DNA of 63,345 nucleotides, the filler included, from Reticulomyxa filosa (lineage: Eukaryota; Protista; Foraminifera): assembly GCA_000512085.1 (NCBI GenBank). It is 16 parts of 16 records of this genome, joined end to end, with 100 filler letters (N's around TTAATTAATTAA, not from the genome) between each part and the next. Parts side by side here need not be neighbours in the genome. Positions count along the whole stretch, not along the records: positions 6,788 to 13,074 come from ASPP01006898.1; positions 13,175 to 14,796 come from ASPP01014940.1; positions 14,897 to 16,535 come from ASPP01034675.1; positions 16,636 to 21,332 come from ASPP01012742.1; positions 21,433 to 28,912 come from ASPP01006570.1; 11 more parts are not named here. One strand, written 5' to 3'. Shown here one piece after another: positions 12,991 to 25,000 of this stretch; within the stretch, counting starts at the first letter, position 1, and every line of letters starts with the position of its first letter. The notes under the pieces are model-generated. The model was not told the origin of the DNA. It saw only the letters and a program-made list of their open reading frames with translations, and did no database searches. A program made the position numbers and the translations under genes.

Positions 12991-13298
12991 TTAAATTATG
13001 AGTATATTGCATAATCTACTCAAAAAAAAAAAAAAAAAAAAATTGTGTTTTGATTTTATTTTTTTTTTTTTTTTNNNNNNNNNNNNNNNNNNNNNNNNNN
13101 NNNNNNNNNNNNNNNNNNTTAATTAATTAANNNNNNNNNNNNNNNNNNNNNNNNNNNNNNNNNNNNNNNNNNNNTTACAATTTATTAATTAATTTATATT
13201 TTTTGTTTTTTGTTGCTTCGTTCAGCCTTTTTTTTTTTGCTCCTTTTCTCCCCCCCCCCTTTTTTTTTATCCAATCAAAGTTTTATCCATTTACTTAA

Positions 13299-13600
13299 CT
13301 CATCAAATAATGCTGTGCTGCTCCAACTCGATTTGGATCTGCTCCACCTCTGTCGTCATCTGCAAATGTTCTCCATTCACTGTCGTCACTTATAAACTGC
13401 TCTGCAATCACTAAACCACATCGACAACAAACTACTGTCCCTGATCTTGGGTCTTCAATCACTTTTCCACCGTCTCTGCAGTCAGGACATTTCGGATCTG
13501 TAACAACCAATTTTCGTAAAGACGCTGGAACAGCTTTTCCTGCCACATTATTAGGGTCTTCTGTTATTGCGCTTTTCTCCTCTACTGGCTCTTGTTCCAT
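13299..13600 (-). CDS. TFIIB: Transcription initiation factor IIB, first exon; 3'-partial
   Basis: Zn ribbon CPDC...EDPRSGTVVCCRCGLVI and B-reader SEWRTFADD...DPNRVG. Confidence 0.9.
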
Positions 13601-13794
13601 ATATTATTATTAAAATATTTGAGAAAAGGGTTTCGTTTAAAAAAAAACTTTACAGTTCTAAAGGGTGTTTACACCGTTTTTAGATTACCAGCGAATAAAA
13701 AAGAAATTTAAAAAAGTAGAAAATGATGTATTTGTTTTGAAAAGATAAAATTGAGCAAAACTGAGTTTTTGTGAAAAAAACAGGGAAAATTGAA

Positions 13795-14752
13795 ATGACA
13801 ACCATGCCAGAATCAGTAACAAATACTGACTCAGATTCAGAGTGGATTTGCTGCAAAGAGCTCACAGGTCCAAATAAAGGCCGTAAATTTTGGTTACATA
13901 CGATTACGGACGAATTAACATACGAAGATCCACACACCCAGTGGCGACCGACAGGAGTAAGTGTATCCATGAACGACGTGAATGTATCTCAAAAAGAGGA
14001 CAGCAAAGGCAAAAAGAAGAATGGAGGGACGATACCATTGACATCGCAAATGACTCTGGCATCATTCAATGGTAAAGTATTTCATTTTCATTTATTTTGA
14101 CTCAAATTAATGAGATGGATATATTTTGAGTTGGAGAATGTAAAAAATGAAAACAAAGCAAACAAACAAATAAACAAAAAAAAAGTAATGAAGCGAGAGA
14201 GCTCAATGAGCCGTAGTAATGAATCAGAAGACAGTTTGGACGAAGAGGAATTGGAAGTGGACATAGAAGATAAAAATGAGGAAGAGGAAAGCGAAGAGCA
14301 AGAGAGAAGGGAGACACGAAAGAGTCGATCGTCCAAATTGCAAACAATTTTGGGGACAAATGTAAAGAACGGTGACATTATAAAAAAAAAAAAGGATAAC
14401 TTGTCTAAGATCAAGAAGAAGAAGGGTTACAACACCAAACGATTTATCGTGAAGCGCTTTAATGCAGTGACCTCTGTCATAATGGGGCGATCATTTGTGC
14501 GTATGTTAGCTTTTTGTTTTCTATTGTTCCCATTTTTTTTTTTTGAAATAGACAATGTTATGATTCAATGAATTGCCTGTTGTTATTGTTGTTGTTTGGG
14601 TGGGTGGGATGAACACAGCATTGCCTCCATCGCGAAGTGAGATCATGGCCCGAGACAACTCAAAGCTGCGCGAAAAAGCGGTGCAATCCCTACCTTCGGG
14701 TCTATTGTCGTCTATTGCAGATGTGATCGTCTCTCCCGAATCAGCAGTTTAG
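13795..14752 (+). CDS. WW-like domain protein, 5' exons (13795-14071, 14186-14500, 14619-~14750)
   Basis: EWICCKELTGPNKGRKFWLHTITDELTYEDP resembles a WW domain. In-frame GT-AG introns and an acidic exon 2. Confidence 0.55.
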
Positions 14753-16635
14753 TTTGTAACAACCATTTATTTGTTTGTTTATTTTTTTTATTTTTTNNNN
14801 NNNNNNNNNNNNNNNNNNNNNNNNNNNNNNNNNNNNNNNNTTAATTAATTAANNNNNNNNNNNNNNNNNNNNNNNNNNNNNNNNNNNNNNNNNNNNCTAA
14901 TTCAATCGCTTCACGTCTCACAAACAGCATTCGCTGCAATCCAGAGCACATTTGATCAAAAAATAAAATTAGCTTTCTGTCAGCAACATTTTTTTTCAAA
15001 AATATTTTTAAAATATCAACAACTTCCTTTCATTTTTATTCACATTTAGAAGAAAACAAAATGTGCTGCACGAAAGTTGTGTATAAGGTACACGGTCAAA
15101 AGTAGTACTGCTAAATTTGTTGTTTGTATTGTCAAGCCCTTATTGAGATCCTGTCTAGCCCTGATATGAAGAGGAAGGGAGTAGGCTCGATTTGCTTGAA
15201 ATATAATAAAGCAATTGTATGGAATGCTATCGATTCCATTTGGGACAGTAGAAAAGTTTTCAAATAACACGGCTTTGCTGGAGATAGAGAAGTTAAGTTT
15301 TAAATAAACCACTGATTGTGTATTAATAATGAATAAAAAATTAAAAGTGCAAGAAAAAAATACTTCACTAAATAAGTTAAAAATTGTGCTTTCATATATA
15401 CACTACATTGCTTTGAAAAAAATAGTTATTATAATCAAGCAAAGTTATTTGCAAAAGAGTTATGTTTAAGAGTCTTTGATGTTGATATGCAACGATCTCT
15501 TTCTCTTCAATATATTTAATCACCAAGTACAATCTGTTATCTAATATAGTGATAGCAATTTTTATTTTTAGTCTTTTTCTTTTATGAATTTATGAGAAAT
15601 AGAGTGTGCATCTTGACATATTTCAAAGAGAAATTAAAGTTTATATACAAAATAATAAAGTTGAATAAGACGTATTAACTCATGTTATGGTTCAAATTTA
15701 TATTTGAGGATAGTCTTATTTTTTCACCAAAAAAGTTAGAATAAAGAGATACTTCAAATTGATCAAAAGAAATTACTGATTTAAATAAATATTTTTGAAA
15801 TTATCATAAAAAATGCTAACAAAGAAACAAATACTCAAATAATAAAGTGTTATTCAATTATATGTTCGTATTAATTTAATTAAAACTATGTTCGATAGCA
15901 ATAATTTATTGCTAACAACTAATTTTTCTTTATATTCGAATTTGTAGTTTGTTAACTGTTAGAAGTTTCTATATTTTGATACAATCGTGCTAATTTTTGA
16001 TAAATTAATTAATATCGATGTAAAATGTTGAATGAAATCATCTGTAAAAAACATTTATAAGTGTTCTTTCAAATTAAAATAAATTTAAAAAAATATGCCT
16101 TATTGTTGGTATGTCTTAATATTTTACAAAATGAAACACTTATTTCTCATTACAAAATTTACATTTATTAAATAAAACAAATTCATTTCAATTTTTTATT
16201 GACCCTTCGAAGCTTAAAAAAAAAAAAGTTGAATAGAATCTTTTTCATCATCTTTGCATCATCAAAGATCATCTCAAGGAAAAAAAAATGGAAAGAAGGC
16301 ACTTTAGCTTAGTAATGGTTTCGTTTAAGTTATTTTTTTAGGTTTTCTAAATTTGATCAGCTCGCAGACAAACAAGAAGCAATGTTGTCGTCGATATTGA
16401 CAACATCAACGCACTTTATCGAAAACTGTACCGAATTAGAAGTGCATAATGCTGTGGAAGGGAAGCGATGCCATGCAGTCTCAAATAGAAGAGAAAAAAG
16501 AACAACTACTTAAAGAAAACTTGAGACTGCATGGCNNNNNNNNNNNNNNNNNNNNNNNNNNNNNNNNNNNNNNNNNNNNTTAATTAATTAANNNNNNNNN
16601 NNNNNNNNNNNNNNNNNNNNNNNNNNNNNNNNNNN

Positions 16636-18050
16636 TCCGACTGCCCATCTGTCGCGCGAGCGTTTGGACGGATTACAAGCTTGGCGTCGCCTTTGCTTTT
16701 CAAAGTGTCCTGTGCGTGTCCCACTTCTCCTTCCAACTTTGCTCTTTCTTTTTGCACTGTAGATCCATCCCGTCGCAAACGCTCTTCCTCCAGCTCTCCA
16801 AACTCGTCGTCTTCATCTTCGTTTGTGTGAACGTTGCTGTTGTCATTGGCTTCATTACTGTGTCGTTGGCTGTCCGGTTCACGCAGCCATGGGTGCGAAA
16901 AAAATGCATCCCAACTCATCCGGCTTTTGGGGTTCACTTGCAATAAACGCTTTTTAATGCATATTATATTATATTATACATATGTATGTATATGTAATAT
17001 GCATATTTGACTGGTTCGGGTTGCCAAAGGGGGAGGGAGGAAAAAAAAAAAAAAAAAAAAAGGGAGGTTTTTTTTTTTAAAAAAAAAAAAAAAAACTCAA
17101 CGCTGAGCAAATCAACACATTCAGCAGACAAATGAGATGGGAAATGAACTTTCGTCTTTTCAATTTTTTCTAACAATTGAATGTGGTTGTTTCCGTTGAA
17201 CGGAGGCTCTTTGGTGACCATTTGGTAGATAATGGTGCCGGCAGACCATAGATCGACTTTACTGTCGTATTTGGTGAACTTCAGTATTTCCGGTGCCATG
17301 TACAAAGGCGAGCCGCACATGGTATCGACCATCGTGGTCGGGTTGAAATGTCGCGCAAAGCCAAAGTCTGCTATTCGCAATATTGCCTTTTCACTTTCTT
17401 CACTTAACAACAGATTTTGTGGTTTCAAATCCTTTCGTTTCGATTGTTATTATTATTTTTTATTTTTTTTATTTTTGATTTTGTGTGGTGGTTATTATTG
17501 TTATTGGTATTATTGTTGTTATTGTTATTGTTATTGTTATTGTTGTGTTTTTGTTATTATTTTCATTTTTTTTTTTTTTTTTTATACATATGTTTATTTT
17601 GGAAAAGAGCTGATTATGTAGGAATTCAACTCTATGCACAATTTTGCTGGAATGCAGATAGAATAACCCATTGGCCAACTGTCTTGAAAAATATTGTGCC
17701 ACTGGCTCTTTCAATGGACCATTCTTTTGGACAAATTTGTGCAAGTCACCACCGCTGCAATATTGCATCACCAAGTAGATGTGATTGTTAGTTTGATACG
17801 TGTGTAACAGTTGCACTATGTTTGTGTGTTGACATTTGCGCAATATGTCGATTTCTTGCTTCAAGTTCGTTTGATGTTTTGCGTTCAAATTGATCCTATG
17901 TAGGTTTATTGATTTCACTGCTACCTTCTCTCCTGTTTTCACATTTCGCCCTTCATATACTGTTGAAAAGGATCCAAAGCCTATCGATTTCTCCAAGATG
18001 AAATCACCCACTTGTTTTCTGTTATAATTTATCCCAGGCTTGCCCTGCAT
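16636..18050 (-). CDS. ATG1: ATG1/ULK-family Ser/Thr kinase; 3'-partial
   Basis: VGDFILEKSIGFGSFSTVY, VAVK, VMQYCSGGDL, HR|DLKPQNLLL, IADFGFAR, TMCGSPLYMAPEIL..KYDSKVDLWSAGTI, RLLQVNPKSRMSWDAFFSHPW. Two in-frame GT-AG introns. Confidence 0.88.
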
Positions 18051-20075
18051 ATTTTTATTATCTTATATTATTTATGAGGAAAACTTGACGAATTTTCGTT
18101 CTTTCTTCGCTCCCCTTGTACTTTGCAGATTTGCTTAATTTGCAAAAACATTTAACTGTGCAAATATTAAATGGGTGTAGTTATTATTTCTCAATAAAAA
18201 AAATTTTCCATAGCTCTGGGTATATTTATTAGTTAGTGAAAGACTATTTTCAAAACTACAAAAGGTGAATTTATGGAAATACTATCGTAAACACTCAAAA
18301 AACTGGAGCAATTTAAAAAAGCATTGTGTTGTCCATTCTTGTTCGCTCTGTTTTTTTGTCATTGTTTGCCAAGACGTATACACTCAAACACTAGCTACTT
18401 TTAAAAAAGTGTTGATTATTGTTTCAAAAAGTTACAATAAGAAAAGTGCACAATTGATATGTCAACAAGTGATTAAATATATTATAGTAGCGCAAATAAA
18501 CAATAATATGTAGATTTGTGAATTTATTTTAAATGTCTAAATTGAGAAAAGTTGAGTAAATTTTGAAATAACATAACATTCATATTTAAGATAGTGTATG
18601 CTAAAGATCTTATTGTGCCATACATATAAATATACATTTATTAATCTTTCTTTTTAATGTAAAGAATTTTAAAAGATTTATTCCATTATCTTCATTAGTC
18701 CTATTGATAGTAAATAATTTATTATTTTTGTTGGTATTCCAAAATAAATTGTATTTCAAGCTATACAGAACTAAATATCTACTATTTTGTGCAAATGAAT
18801 ATAATCAGAACAAAAATAATAAATATTATATTGATTTTAGTTATTTCTATACTTTTATTCTTCAAAAATCAAACTGTTTAAAGGTATGTAGTTTTAAGAT
18901 GTTTGTGAACGAAGTAAAACAGTAATGTTCCTCACAACATTTTGGACTTTGTAGAAAAGCATTTAAAAATTAAACCTTTTGTTTATTTATCGGAAAAACT
19001 AACTTGGTGCAATATTTGTATGCGTTGTATTACCTAAACTACTTAATTTGTTGCACTTTTTTGTCATATTCGATATATGCTTTTAATATTTTTATGGTAA
19101 AAGTTTGTAATAAAAGAGAAAAACTATTACACATTTTTCTAAAATTTTGTTATTTGTTTATTTGTAATATAATAATTCAATATGTAGCAAAAAATAATGT
19201 GTTCTATTGAATAATGTGCAAAGACTTAATGTTTGTTCAATAGCAATAATTTTTGCATATTATGTCAAAAATATTAATACTTGTCACTTTGGTAAGTTTT
19301 TCTATATCTGTAGAGTATATTAGCATTTGATGTCAATAACTATCTTTTTTATTGTCAATCAGATGCAATAGCAATAAGTTAGTACAAACACAAACTTGAA
19401 TGTACTTATGGAAAATGCAATGATCTTGTATATTATTTATTTCACATTTTGCTAAATATTTAATTTATTACATATTTATATTATGTTGATAATCACTGTC
19501 CATACGTAATTGCAATGTGTTAATGTACGACAGCATATTTTGCAACATGCATTACAAAAATTACAGAAAACTAAGAAACATGAACGATTGCGATATTTGT
19601 CTATTACTTTCTATTTTTTATAAAAGGTATGACAGGCCATCAAATTTGATTATGTATGTGTAAAAATCATCAGTTAAGAACAACCATTGCCATGAGAAAT
19701 TTTGTTCAATCACCAGCTCAAGAAAGCGTGCTAGTTTGTTTAACTTAAAAATTGTAACTCCCTTTTGCAATAGTTAGCATTGAACCACATTTAAAAAAAC
19801 AATTGATTAATTTCCATTCCCTGAAACTGTGTAGAGACAATCTTAGAAAAAGAAAGCACGAAGAAAAAAAAGACATGTACTTTTATTTTACAAGCATTGT
19901 AAGTTTTTTGGAATTGAATTTTAAAAAAGTTTTTTTAGATTTAAGAACAACCAAATAATATGAGGATCACATACAACTAAAACAAAAATAAAAAGAGTCA
20001 ACTCACAAATGCATGCTTTATTGTTGAGACTTTTGCTTTAGCGAACAAATTCCACACTGTACTTTAACATAGATC

Positions 20076-20150
20076 AAAACAAAACAAACAAAAAAAAACA
20101 AAACAAAACAAACAAACAAAAAACAAAACAAAACAAACAAAACAAAAAAG
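20076..20150. repeat. (AAAAC/AAAC)n microsatellite
   Basis: Tandem AAAC/AAAAC units. Confidence 0.7.
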
Positions 20151-20534
20151 GCTACGGGCTAACAAATAAAAAAAAAGTAATGATAGCTGTTAACACAACA
20201 AAACAAGCTAAAACAAGACATGCAAGCAGCAAGGCTTTGCTTGTATAATTCAGCTATTACATCTCACTCAACATCAACAACTCGATCAGGGAAACAAAAG
20301 GATAAAAAAAAAAAAAAGAAACAATAAACACCTCTTATCTCCTCTCTATTGCTTTAAAGAATAAAACCATAAAATGCAAGTATAAATGTGAATAAATGAA
20401 AGGAAGAGAGAAAGGTAAGAGAAACAATAACAAAAATAAAAAATAAGCATCCGATCAAGTCAGTTTGACATCTCGTTTCATTTTTTTTGTTGTTGTTGTT
20501 ATTGTTTTGGGATGGGGGTAGTTATAAAATTGCT

Positions 20535-21238
20535 TCAAGAGGAAGCCGAGGACCCGGATTGAGGGGAATGCAACTGGGATTTCGAAATAATCGTATCTTG
20601 CCGTTCATCGTCGGGACTCACACTCGAACGTGTCGCGATAGTATTGAAAGTAATATCTTCTCTTTTGACATTGCTGTCGTCTGTCAAATTTTCATCACTT
20701 GCTTTCGAATTGGGTAGAGCGAATGTTCGTTCTTGTCCGCGTTCCTGTCTTCTTTCCTTTTCTCGTTCTCGCCTTTTTTTTCTTCTTTCTCTTTCAAAAT
20801 TTCCAGCAACTTTTCTTGCTGCCTTTGCTTCGTTTGTGTTGTCAATTTCACGTTCACTGCTTCTTCGAATATATCACCATCGCCGCTATTATTGTTGCTA
20901 TTGTCCTCGTCCATATCGATGAAATTATCTTTCTCTCTGGCATGGACGTCGTAAGGGAACCGAACTCCTTGCGGAAGGAGATTCGAACAAGAACCCTCCA
21001 GGAGCTGTTGCTGCTCTTGCAACAACGTCTCTTCTTCTTTTTCCAACTCACTCAAGCCTACATTTTTTAGGATGAAAGGATGTTGTGATAATGTGTGGTA
21101 GTTCAGCCGTTCCTCGGGATTCAAACTCATCAACCCCTTCACACAAGATATTGCTTCCGCTGACACATCATCCCAATACGCTCTTGGAAACCGATATTGT
21201 CCACGTGTTATCATGCTGTACATGTCCCGAATCGACCT
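20535..21238 (-). CDS. CaMK-group Ser/Thr kinase, last exon; 5'-partial
   Basis: MITRGQYRFPRAYWDDVSAEAISCVKGLMSLNPEERL....LSQHPFI (subdomains X-XI). The tail probably continues through a poly-A frameshift near 20780 to ...SGSSASS*. Confidence 0.75.
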
Positions 21239-21254
21239 ATACATATTATATGCG

Positions 21255-21285
<31 letters not shown>

Positions 21286-21432
21286 GTGTATACATACATA
21301 TATATATATATATGAGTAGTTCAGCAATAAACNNNNNNNNNNNNNNNNNNNNNNNNNNNNNNNNNNNNNNNNNNNNTTAATTAATTAANNNNNNNNNNNN
21401 NNNNNNNNNNNNNNNNNNNNNNNNNNNNNNNN

Positions 21433-22058
21433 TAATAATAATAATAATAATAATAGCGGGAATACATTGAGTACGTACACAGCAGCAGGTCTTTCTGCAG
21501 GCAATGAGAATGGAAGTGGAACAGGTATGATGTCGAGTTTTACTAGTCGACTGAGCATATCGGGCCCAAAAAGATCATTCAGCTCGTCGATCGAGACGAT
21601 CCAAAAAGCGTCGGCGGAGACAATCCACGGATCACTGCTGACATTTGGAGAGCTGCTTCGTGCCAACAAGTACATGGCAGACAACTTTGACACGATCTGC
21701 GAGATTGTGATCCAATTTCGACAACACAAGTCCAAATACATCAAAGCAGCAGTGATCGAACTGTTACCAGAGTTGGCCAAGTTCAATCCGGAGCGATTCA
21801 CCAACAGATATCTGAAGCAGTCAGTCGAGCACATTGTGGACGTGCTGAACCGATCCAAGGATCATCGCGACAACTGCTATCACGCATTGGGGGCTATTGC
21901 ATTGGCCGTGGGAGCAAACATTAGCAAAATGCTGTCGTTGGTATTGGAGTTGGTCAAAGTGGGATTGAACAAGTATAGCAAAAAGGCGGCGCAGTCATCG
22001 CAATTCCTGACGGAAGAGCCGGAAGATGGCATTGGCGGTAGCGGCGGTAGTGGCTTGG

Positions 22059-22093
<35 letters not shown>

Positions 22094-25000
22094 CTGGGCA
22101 GTAGCGACGAGGCCGTGCCCAATGCTACCACCACATTCCATGCTGCGCTCAAATGTCTGTCCAAACTTGTATGTGCTGTGGGCGTGGAGTTGCAAGAGCC
22201 CATTCGTCCTCTCATCGATCCTATGTTCAGCGCGGGATTGTCCACCACTCTGGTGGAGACGTTGCGCAATATCTGCACGCAGATCCCCAGTCTGAAGCGA
22301 GAGATCCACGCGCTACTGGCCCTGGAGCTATGGAGCATCCTGTGCATGTCCAACAAATCGTTGGAGGAGGTGATTCAGTACTACAGCTACATGCTGGACT
22401 TTGAACGCGACCGTGATCGCGATCCTTTGAATCTCTCCAATGGCAATGGTAATGGTAATAGTAATGGCAATAGCAATAGCAATAGCCATGGTCATGGTCA
22501 TGTTGGTGGCTACAGTGGTAGCAGCAGCAGTCCGCGATATGCCGAACAAAAGGAACATGACAATGTCAGTCGCTTCGATCGCGCACGCACTTTGACAGTG
22601 GCCTTGCTTACTGGTGGTAGTGGAGGCAACAATAGCAGCAACAGCGGAGGCAGTGGAGGAGGAGGAGGGTCCAAGGACTCGTTTGTGAAAAAGCATTCAA
22701 GCACTAGCATCGGCAACGACAAACGCACAAACATGAATCGCGAGACAATGAACGGACTCGTCCTACTGGCTTTAAGAGCGCTGGCCGACTTCGAACTGAG
22801 CTTACACTTTGTGCTGCCCTTTTTGCATGAAATTGTGTTATGCTATCTCGAGTACGAAAATGTGACAGTACGCAAACAGGCTGCTGTGACAGTCGGCACC
22901 ATGGTATTAAGGATCGTATCGAACATTAACAAAATCTCCACCGACGTGTTCTCCACACAGGCCGCTAGACATTTGAACAATGCCATCTCTGATGTGATGG
23001 ACAAATTGCTAAGTGTGGGCATGACTGATCAGTCTTGGACTATTCGCTCGGCCATCTTTGGCAGTCTGCACACTCCCTTGGATCATCATCTGGGACAGTC
23101 GTCTGCACTGCGTGCATTGCAACTGGCCTTGAACGATGAGGTGTTCGAAGTGCGAAAACAAGTGCTGAAGGTGCTTGGCAGACTTGCACAACGTAATCCC
23201 GCCCAAGTCATTCCGTATCTTCGCAAGACTTTGACTCAGTTACTCACTGAACTGCAATACAGTCGTGACATCACCATTCAACAGGAGAGTGCAGAGCTGC
23301 TGGGCATTCTCATCGACTCCTGTCAGTTCCTGCTCAAACCATTTGCACCCGCCATTGCCAGAGTCATGGTCGCTCCTTTGCATCAGACCATGGGCGATGA
23401 TATTCTCGTCGAAACCGAGATTCTGCGTTGCATTGGCAAGCTCAGCGAAATTGCGCATGAGGACATGGTATCTTACGTCGATATTTTGCTGCCGAGGATG
23501 GAAAAGTTTTTAAATGACAAGTTCAGTCCCATGCGAAGAGAGGTAGGACTGCGCGCATTGTCGCAAATGATTGCGCATACGCAGTGCGTGGTCACCCCGT
23601 ATCACACATGTCCCAGTCTATTGTCTACGTTATTGGACTCGGTGTCGAGCAATCAAAGTTGGGATATTCGTCGCGAGGCCATGCGTGCGTTGGGTATTCT
23701 TGGAGCCGTGGATCCATTCACGTACAAGATCAAAATGAACAAAAAAGGTAGCAATTACAACACCTCCGCCGTCGCGGCCATCGATAATAACAGCAGCGGC
23801 AATCTCAAATCCCAAAGTGACATATCTCTATTGGACAGTCGATCGGAAGATTACTACCCCACTGTCGTCGTGCACAGCTTGTGCAAAATGCTCGCCGATA
23901 ACGGCCTTCGCGTGTATCATTACGACGTGCTGCGTGCCATCGTCGACGTGTTGAAGCATGTGGGCAAATCGCGTTGCGGTGCCTTCTTAGCACAGGTGAT
24001 GCCCATTTTGCTGGATATTATGAAGCAGTCGGTGGCCGATGTCTCACATCGTCAGACCCTGCTGGAAACACTCATCACCATCATCAGCGTGTGCGAGTCG
24101 CACATCCGTGACTACTTGGATCAAGTGTTCGAAATCGTTCAAGCATACTGGAACGTGTCCAACTCCACCGACGTCCAGCTTCAATCATTGCTGCTGCAGC
24201 TGCTGACACAGATCAACTTTGCTTTGGGAGACGAACTCAAAGTGTATCTGACTGATCTCATCCCACTGCTTCTCCACGTGCTACACAGCGACAAGTCCGC
24301 CGAACGCACATCCTCATTGCATGTACTACAGGCATTGGAAACATTTGGATCCTCTCTGGAAGACTTGCTATACTTGGTCATCCCCCCTTTGATGAAGATC
24401 ATCGAACACACGGAATTGAACGTATCCATTCGTATACGTACCATTGAATGCATCTCCAAGCTATGTCGCTGCGTGAACTTTAGCAGCTTCTTTTCCAGAG
24501 CCATCCATCCGCTCATTCGCATCATCGACGACGACAACGATCAGCTGCGGGGCCCTGCCGCCCAGGCCCTGTGTTCTCTGTTGGTGCAAATGGGTCCCGA
24601 CTATGCCATCTTCATTCCCAATATTGACAAGATTCTGAAGAAGCACAAGGCCGTCAGCGGCGAGTTCACCAAGCTGGCCGATCGTCTCATTCGTAACGGC
24701 AACGACCCGATGTTGGACTCGGACGTATACACCGACGGCATTGATGACAATGGCAGCGGAGGCGGCAGCAATGGCGGCATCAGCAATGGAGGAGGAGGAG
24801 GAGGGGGAGGGAAGGGGGAGGAGGCAATGGATACAAGTCAGGCGATGCAGATCACGAAACGAAAAAAGATGACAGTCTGTCGACTGGCAAAGATCGCAAT
24901 GCAGGAAACCTTGCCGCCGACAATGGACGCAATGGCGACGGCGCGGAGCCATCAGAGACTGGACATAATGGCAATCTTGGTGATGACAGCAACGTGAAGT

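Noticed and set aside
14897-16535. Short ORFs in AT-rich contigs (also 18100-20000, 51650-52541, 55450-56600, 57280-58280)
   Set aside because: F/L/I/K/N-rich chance ORFs in intergenic DNA. Only weak coding hints near 16340-16535, not assignable.
24788-24825. Programmed -1 ribosomal frameshift in TOR
   Set aside because: No canonical slippery heptamer. Similar homopolymer frameshifts recur in eEFSec, the ParA-like gene, G-alpha and the CaMK-type kinase, pointing to sequencing error.
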